NCBI RefSeq assembly: GCF_009914755.1 | Contig: NC_060939.1 | Reading direction: 5' to 3' (one strand) | DNA from: the human T2T-CHM13v2.0 reference genome, Homo sapiens | Length of the DNA stretch: 64,000 bases | Shown here: in pieces, positions 55,332-64,000 of the stretch | Position numbering within the stretch: the stretch's first letter is position 1 | Layout of the letters: each line of letters begins with the position of its first letter | Program-made: the position numbers and the translations under genes | Notes under the pieces: generated by a model | The model's input: only the letters and a program-made list of their open reading frames with translations | Told to the model about the DNA's origin: nothing | Database searches by the model: none

Positions 55332-56449
55332 TCAAAGTGAGCCAACAGAACGACCCTTGCACTCATTACCAACCAGTGCCCCAGAAGCCCCGCCCTTTTC
55401 CTCTTCAGAGGGAAACCAGAACCCTGACTCCTACCACAGCAGTTTAAAGGTGCCTGCTTTTGAATTTTATGTAAGTGTTTTTTGTGTCTAGTTTATTTTA
55501 GTCAATATTATGCTCATGAGAGTCATCCATACTGTTTCAAATTGTACTTACACCTGTAGTTCAAGGTTTAAGTTTACATCTGTGTGTGGTGCATTTACTA
55601 TGTTGTTCCCCCAAGCCACAAGTGCCCATTTGCATAATATTAGGCAGCTGGGCTCTTGAAATTCATCTCATAGGTTTATAGATGTGTGATTTCCATAATA
55701 TAACCCCTTACTTGTTGGCTTTGTCAAGTGATCTCTAAAAATCAATTTAAAAACTTGTTTAAATCAACATTTTGCATTTAAAACTGTGAGGTCACACACC
55801 CAGGAATAATCACTAAATTCATGTGAAATTTCTTTGCCTCCTTTTTTTTTTTAACTAATTCTATCAAGGGGCCTCTGTAAGCCTCAAAACTGGCATTGAT
55901 TGAGGTCATATGTCTTCATAATACAATATATTCTTGTTTCCTGTAATATGAGAGACTTGTTAGACCTTAAATATAAGGTGGCTTTTTTCCCGATGGATAA
56001 TTTTTGGTGGAAAAGTTCATCATATATTCAGGCATAAATTGTGTCTCATATTAACCTCTTTATCACTTGGGTTCTAATATTTTCTCTTATTGAGCCCATG
56101 ATTAGCTAAAATATCCAGATCTTTTGCACATGAGTTCCTATAGAACTATTTATCGCCAGAGTATATTTCTATTTATACTTACACTTTTAACTAAGTATAA
56201 ATTCCATATTAAGATCATCATATACCTCCATGTACATAATGCTTGGGATTTTTCAAAGCACTTTCGAATGCATTATCACGATAATTCAGTGCAATAGCCC
56301 AGGGAATGAATTGTTATGCACATTTTACAGATATGAATGTAATTATCACTGATGGATTTCAACATGTTTGAAGGGATAATGCTGATGTTTTATAAAAGGC
56401 TCCTTCAAATGGAAAAGAACACTATCTAGCAAAATCAAAAGTCATGATA

Positions 56450-56880
56450 TTTGAATATTCCCCGAAAAATACAAAAAGTAAGCTAGCACACAGCAAAATA
56501 AGATTGTGATAAATAAAAGAAAAGCAAATTCAAATAATAATGAGGACCATTTTAGACTTAGTAAATGAATGAGGCAGAATCCAACAGTGACAAAATTCAT
56601 TATTTGCTGGTAACACCATAAATTTGTATAATTCATTATTCATAAAATTGTTAAATTCATTATTTGCTGGTAACACCATAAATTTGTATAATTCTTCTTG
56701 AAAAGTAACTTGACAATATGTATATTTTAAAAACCAAAAACCAATCCACACCCTTTCGCCAAATATTCCCCTGCATAAAATTTATTCTGGAGGAAATTAT
56801 TTAGAAGAAGAAAATATGTCATTTGCAGGGAGATGTTCATTGAAGCCTTATTTACAATAATAAGAAAAGGAAACAATGGA
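56450..56880 (+). mobile_element. Ancient L1M fragment containing a 42-bp duplication
   Basis: aagcaaattcaaataataatgag...gatgttcattgaagccttatttacaataa. Confidence 0.6.
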
Positions 56881-58669
56881 AGTTTATTTCAATTTTTTAA
56901 ATAAAGCTTTGTTCAAATGAATACCATCCAATCTCTCTCTCTCTCTCTCATACACACTCACACATACTATACTTTGCAAATATGGGAGAGAATATTACTG
57001 TTTCTGTATTCCTGTTACATCTTGTTCACTCCCAATATTCTCCATATTGTATTTCACACAATACTTTCTCATCTGAATTTTCTTATCTAACCATACAGTT
57101 AAGTTTGCATTGGCCCAGGAACAGCCTTTGTGGTGAGGAAAAGGCTAACAGGTGTAACATGATTTTCAAACTGCAAAACCAGATAGGAACTGTGACCCTC
57201 TGAATGGAGAGGCTGTGGCTGTGTCTATGCACTTACAAATAAATTTTGTGATGAAAATACATTTGCATGAATCTCCGGATAACCCGAACAATTGCTTATC
57301 CAACAGTGCCGCCTCTAAACATTTTGGCAGATCACAGGACGCTCTCCCCAGCAGGCATCTCTCTTGTAGTGTAGAACGCACAGTGGCTCCCTCAATGTCT
57401 TGCTGATAGCGGCAGGAGGAGGGGGAGGAAAGACTTCATCTATGTCCTCAGCAAGCATAATCCAAGCCCTTGCCTCCATTAGTCAGTAAATATCATTTAG
57501 ACTTTTTAACATCAAATTTGATTTTCTTAATTTAGAGGGGAAAATACTCGTTTAGTTCATATATTTCCTGAGATGTGCGGAAAATGTCAGGAGGTGGAAA
57601 ACCGGGTATTTAAGGGGGTTTTGCACTTTTTAAAAAATCTAGTGCCTTAACTTCCCCTCAAGAGAGACAGGAGAGGCCGCTCAGACCATTGAAACAGTGT
57701 GCTCAATGTCAACGTTTGCCTTTCCAAATCCACACGTTTCTGGTCACTTCATGACATGTTTATTGGTCTTGACAGGCAAGGAATAGAACAGGAAACTGCA
57801 ACCTCGCACCCATCTGACTAGTCTGTGGGCAGACAAGCCTTGGTTTCTGCTTTGTTGAGTTCCACATGGTGGCTAGAGGCCCTCCTGCCATTAACTCCCC
57901 TTACATCCGATTCTCTGTAAAATGTGTACCAGCAAGTCCAGGGCAGTTAAATATATGGCTTGGGTAATTAAGCAGGTTACAGATGAATATTATTTGGTCT
58001 GCAAACAATTCTGTAAAAGGTTCCAGAGGGTTGTCTCGAGGATTGTAGCTTATTTGTGGGGTTTTGGCAGGAAATGGCTAATTATGACACCTGCCCACGT
58101 TTCTGTGCAATTGGAGCCTGGGGATTCTCAACGTTGTGTACACAAGTCAGACTCGCCTTCATGGTGGGGAGCCACACAGCAGAGGACTGAGATCAAGCAG
58201 AGCCTTGTTAGCAGCACTATGGAGGAAACAGCTCAGCTCGGGCTAGCAGCTTACCTCTATGCCTTTCCCCAGCAACCAATCCTAGGGTTGCTGGCATCAA
58301 AATTAGCCCCTTACATACTCCCTATCCACTGCAGGTCTTCTGAAGGTGCACTAGTTCTTCGTGAAAACATTACTTCTTAGACTGGGCATTATTGGAGAGC
58401 AATTTCTCTGTCCTCCAAGGTTGGGAATTCCACTGACGGCATCTGGGAACCCTCTGTAAACCTGCAAGAAGAATTGGCAATGGGTATAAGCATGGAGAGA
58501 GATCCATAGCTTTTATCTGTTTCTCAAAGATAACAGATGGTGACTTTGCCTGATGTCGATGCTCCAATCTCAGAGCAGTGTGGGATCAGTTGAACGACTT
58601 TAGGAAACGGAATGTGCCAAAACCACAGGCTGGCCAGCTGGAGCTCTCTCCTCTTCTTCCTCTGGGCAT

Positions 58670-59020
58670 CCAGCTGACCCCAATTTCCAGCAGCTTCTGC
58701 TGGTAGGTGTGGCCATGTGGCTGAGTCCTAACCGAAGGAATATGAAAAGGAAGATGGCGCCTGTTCTGGCCAAGGCTTTTAACAGGTGACTGCCCCTCCT
58801 ACAAATCCTTTCTCCTTTCACCAGTTCATGTAGAGGATGACAAGGGGGTAGGAGACAGTAGAACCATACGTCAAAAGGAGCTTGGATTCCTGAGTCACTG
58901 TATGGAAGAAAGCTTCCCACCAACCAGGAACAGCTGCCTCAGACCGTGGAACACAAAAGTAAACTTCTCTTGTGTTGAACAATTCATTGTACACATGTAT
59001 ACAGACTAGGCTAGTCTACT
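58670..59020 (+). mobile_element. MLT1J-like solo LTR
   Basis: taggtgtggccatgtggctgag...ggagcttggattcctgagtcactg...taaacttctcttgtgtt. Confidence 0.7.
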
Positions 59021-62000
59021 GTAAGAGAGGGAGCAGCCTGGTCGTATTTGCATTTTAGAATGGGCTTCACGTTTCGAATATGTTTTTTGTGATGAAGAGA
59101 AACATCAGGATTTCACTGTACTGCAATGCTTTTGTATTATCACTTTTCAAAGTGCCCGACACATCCTGCCATTCCCACAGCACCCAAATCTTAGACAACA
59201 AAAAGAGCATTTTATTTATAGATCAGCTGCTGGGTCATCTCCTTCAGACTCATACACAAGGGCACAAAGTCTTCCGATATTACTTCCGTAAGTATGACAT
59301 CCAATTTTTCCTTGAATATCTCTAGTTCTAGAGTCTTGACAACTTCCTGAGTGAAATTATTCTACTGCCTGATTGACCTTCATGGTCCAGAATTTTTTTT
59401 CCCCCACTTCAGACTTTAGTTTTCTTTCTTCTGGCTTCACCAAGTAATTGGCCAGACCCAGGTTAATAAAATCACTCCATAGTGAAAACCCGAAACACAG
59501 AGGTAAATGACTCAAATTAGCCTTTATTAAGTACTCCCTAGGTGTGATCTCCTTCAATCCTCATACTAATCCTCCATTTGACAGGCTCTGAGATTTTAAA
59601 TAACCCACCCATTATCACAACACAAAGGATGGAACTATGGCAGGCCTAGATCCTCATGGGCTCACAGCCCAGCCCAGCCCAGCCCATTCTAATTGGCTGT
59701 CTAGGACTCAGCTAATAGAAGCATTTCGTCACTGATTCATGCTCAAGTTCCTCAGTCATTTGGGGAAATAAAACCTTGAGTTCACTGAGTATTTTTACTT
59801 TGGTGAAGTCCACTACCCAGAGCCAAAACAATTATGTTTTAAAAAGTATTCTAATTCCCTTGAAAGAGACCCAGCAGAAATTTGTGTAGACAGGAGGTAT
59901 ACAGAGACAGTGGATTTGAGAAAATCACTTTCTCATTGCTCAGAATGAGCTTCCAGAACTGATTAGAAAACATTCCCTCTGAAAAGGAACTGGGGAATTT
60001 GGGAAATGTTATATTGGTGTTGGTCAGGTCCCTCTGCTCATGCATTGAAGATCTTAGACTAGGGGCCTGGGTGTCTCCTGTCTCTCCTCTTCATTGCCTG
60101 CCCTTGCATAAATGGGAGAAAGGGTCCCCAGCCCCTCCATCTCATCCTGGTCCTCCTGTAATTTTTGTTCAGTTGTATGCAGAGGGACTTTGCAGGGGGA
60201 GCAGAGGGATCAGACCTTTCTGAGCCAAGGCAGAGGCATCCCCAGCCACACTGGTCAGGTCAGAGGCATGGGGTCTGCAAGGGCAGGGCAGCCCCAAGCC
60301 GGCCGCAGCCGCAGCATGTCCATGTCAAGCTCATCACCAGGACTGGGTAATGAGGTCAATGTGAAAACAACTGGAAGGCACGTTCCCCAGGAAACATAAG
60401 CAGAGTGGAAACAGCCTGACCTTATGTTGCAGAATCCAAACCTATTGAGTCAATTGCCGGGAAACATGACATAACCTTTGAGATGCAGTGAACATCGCTG
60501 AGAGAGCAGGCTACCCTGCTCTTTTCCATTTGCTGCCCCCGAGGCAGCAAGTCACTGGAAATAATAGCCCTGGTTCCAAATCTGTGCTTCTTTGATGAAA
60601 CACACATGCACAGCATCAAGCTTGACACTGGGGCAGACATGTGTGCATGTGCTTGTGTGTGCATACAGGCACACGTATATATATATATACTGTGTATATG
60701 CTTTTATTTATCTGTTAAGTCCCTTTCAACTTAATGTTTCATGTTCTATAATAGAATATGGTATCATTGTAGCTTTATATTTTAAATAGAAGTCTTTGGG
60801 ACCCAGTGCATATTTTTGAGTGAGAAAGTAATCTTTACAGCCTCATTCGCAACAGCAGCCAGCAGCTCCCTCTTTGAGATCAATTAACAAAGCTACTTGC
60901 CCCTCCAACAATGACCCAGCCCTGAAATAAAACCAATAAATCCTGCTTTTCTGCTTTCTAATGTCCTCCTATCTTTTCCACAGCTTGTTAGAATCTGAAC
61001 ACAGAGCTTGTTCTTCATGATTAGCAATTGCAAGTTAAAGGAAGGGACACTGCTCTTCCTGCAGAAAAACTGTTAAGTCTGGTTTTTGGGGTTCAAACTT
61101 CAAGCCAGGAATGCTTGACTTGGAAGCCAGTTTGACGGATAAGCAGGAAAAACAGCTCTAAATTCTCTGATGAGAAAGCTCCTTTGATGAAATGTTAGAC
61201 AAGGGCCCACTGCATGTCACCATAAGCCCCTCTGAAGACTTCACAATCATCCACAGAGCTAAACATTTTAACAGAAAAAAAATTCTTGCTGAGAAATGGA
61301 AAATGCTAGCGCTTTACTAAGAGTCTGAAAAATATGATCCTATTTTTTAAAAAAGAAACTTGGGGTGAGGGTGGGGGTCCCAATGGGTAATTCGTACAAT
61401 ATTTCATCCTTGTTGCTGAGGACAAGTTGTGGCATCATGAGTAGGCTGGCTAAACCTGGGTTAATTACATGGATATGGCATATATTGAGTTCCCAAAAGG
61501 ATAATGTATGCCAAGATTGTTCTTCTCATATTCTGTGCTCTACTTAAACTTGGAATGACAAATAGGGTAGCTGGGAGGGCTCCCGGGAGCTATGAAATAT
61601 ATTCCCTGTAGATTACAGAATACTTTGAGCAATCATTAGAAAATGTAATCACTACTTTATCATATAAAACTGTTTCTCACTGCTGGAGGCTGATTTTTGT
61701 AGGTTTAATATAGCTCTAGGTCATGCTTTATGGATCGCTCTGCAGAAATGCTTTGTTGGAAGTTTCCATCAAGGTTAGCTTAGCCATGAGGAGGCTGGGG
61801 AGCCTGGGCAGGAGGGTGGCCCTCCTTCCCACAGAGCTGGAGGATCATAATTCTTGGGCCCCTTGAGAAGACTGAACTTTGGAGATATTCCCAGTGGAGA
61901 AGTCCTACAGGTCCTACTTTCTGTAGGTAAGCCCCATGAAATTTATCACATCAGCAAGTAATGGAATAGTCATGTGGAGTGAAAGTTGCCCTTGAAAATC

Positions 62001-62029
62001 CCTTAGGTAGCTTGTTAAGCCAAGCAACA

Positions 62030-62250
62030 GTAATCATGATAACACCTAGCACTTAGTAAGAGCTTACTGTGACCTGCACTATTCTAGCCTTGAGATGTAG
62101 GTATGATGACTAGTTCCCTCTTATAGATGTGGGAAACTGAGGCACAGAATGAGTTAGTGACACTCACCCAAGGTCACAGAGCCACTCAGTGGTGGAGCCA
62201 GGGTTTGGACGCTGGAAGTCTGGCTCCAGAGCCCTTGCTTGTTAGTACAT
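62030..62250 (-). mobile_element. MIR
   Basis: ttatagatgtgggaaactgaggcacaga...cccaaggtcacagagc...ctggctccagagccc. Confidence 0.85.
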
Positions 62251-62403
62251 GTGGCTTGGTATACAGTACCCAGTCTGTTACTGTGCATAAAAATTGAATG
62301 TCTGATGAACTATGAAGAGTGACGACTAATCCTGCATGTCTTCCAGTGATGCATCTTTCTCTTCCCAATAATACCACTGAAATTGTCATTTTCCTCTTGT
62401 AGT

Positions 62404-62881
62404 TGGAACTGATCCAATTGTCCCATAGAGGTGATGTTTACAGTTTCTTTGAATAAACATAGAAATTAATGCTTCCAGTCTTAAAACTTGAGAAAGCTAC
62501 ATTTGTCTTATCTAAGTTCCTTTTTCAGGAAACCAACCATCAGGCCTCCCAGATAGTATCAAGGAGCTGAAATTCACCGGATCACTGTCAGACCACTCAC
62601 CCATCATGACTGCCTAACTGCCCACCTGCTTCCTGTCGACCAACTTCTCTTCCTTACCCCTCCCTAATTCCTGTTTTCCTACACATGGTTACATTGCTTC
62701 CCTGCTATATAAACCCCTAACTTTAGTCAGCCTGGGAGATGGATTTGAAACTGAGCTACCATCTCCTCGGCCGCAGCACCCAGTCAAAGCCTTCTTCCTT
62801 GGCAATATTTATTGTCTCAGTGGTTGGCTTTCTGTGTAGCAAGCAGCAGCACCTAGACCAAACTCTGGTGTTTCAGTGACA
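62404..62881 (+). mobile_element. LTR47-like solo LTR
   Basis: Homologous to 45594-46344 (ataaacatagaaatt, aaagccttcttccttggcaatatt, ggtgtttc). Flanks tagt/tagg. Confidence 0.8.
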
Positions 62882-63115
62882 TAGGGAGCTTATACAGTTG
62901 AACTTAAGTTAGGTGTTCATCCGATGTGATTCCACTGTGTGTGATGTGATTTTATTCAGTCGGGAATAATAGAATAGAAGTGGAGACTGCCTAGCAAGAG
63001 CTACATCCTTTTTCAAATTGAGACAGTGCATGAGCAAAACCTAAACCTGGGATCAGAGACATAAAACATTTATGCCTGCCAAGAACAACCAAAGATACAT
63101 TTAAGAACTTCTTCC

Positions 63116-63432
<317 letters not shown>

Positions 63433-64000
63433 TTAAATAGCTAATTAATTCTACAAAAAGGCTTGTTGGTCAATGGGAAAGATATGCTGTGATTCTGGAA
63501 CATTTCTGGGAGAGAATGGGGTGGCATCTCCTCTAACAGATTCACCACACAGCAGTGCCATACCCTTCGGCCTTAAAGGCACACAGTCCTGATTTTGTCG
63601 GCCCTCATATTTTGTCTACCAAGGGCCAGCTCACCATAATTAAATTAATAGAGACTAATATATAAGCCAATGCCTATGAATTAATGGCCTTGGTTTGACT
63701 GGACTATTTCTTGGTCATAGCCAGCAGATTCCCACCACTTAGGAAAGAATAGTAAATCAAATTACAATCAGAAAGGGGCTTGAAGAACATTAAATCAGAA
63801 CCACAACATGTACTAGATCTGAAGACTGCAGCACTGATGAAGTGCTTGAGGGACTTTTCTCCATCATGCAAATAACTTTACCAAAGAATATCACCTTAAA
63901 CTCCTGCCTCCCAGTCCACAGCCTGACCACCCTGAGACCTGATTTCCTCCCTGCTGTATATATCATCCCCATCAATCACCAGAGTGGAAATAACTTGCAT

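Overview
This is primate, almost certainly human or great-ape, euchromatic non-coding DNA: it carries AluY and L1PA2 insertions. I find no supportable protein-coding exon, RNA gene or pseudogene. The listed ORFs are L1 ORF2 remnants, Alu or LTR read-throughs, low-complexity tracts or chance. Much of the window is interspersed repeats: about 22 Alus, three young L1PA 3' ends, old L1M/L2/L3/MIR, about 12 solo LTRs and hAT MITEs. Many have visible target-site duplications (TSDs) and several are nested. The main functional landmark is a small CpG island at about 19.85-20.3 kb with two consensus minus-strand splice donors and adjacent CTCF-like motifs. It is most simply an (alternative) promoter/first exon of a minus-strand transcript, which would make 1-20 kb intronic. 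Other notable signals are a near-perfect CTCF site at 38.76 kb, a well-formed 144-nt plus-strand exon candidate at 46.85 kb, an Alu-masked 53-bp inverted repeat with an L1-like spacer at 44.66-45.12 kb, a 28-bp palindrome at 49.72 kb, and a triple-nested LTR/LTR/Alu at 45.2-46.4 kb. I see no evidence for a novel multi-gene system. Repeat subfamily names come from recalled consensus sequences and need RepeatMasker/Dfam confirmation. The host gene is not identified.
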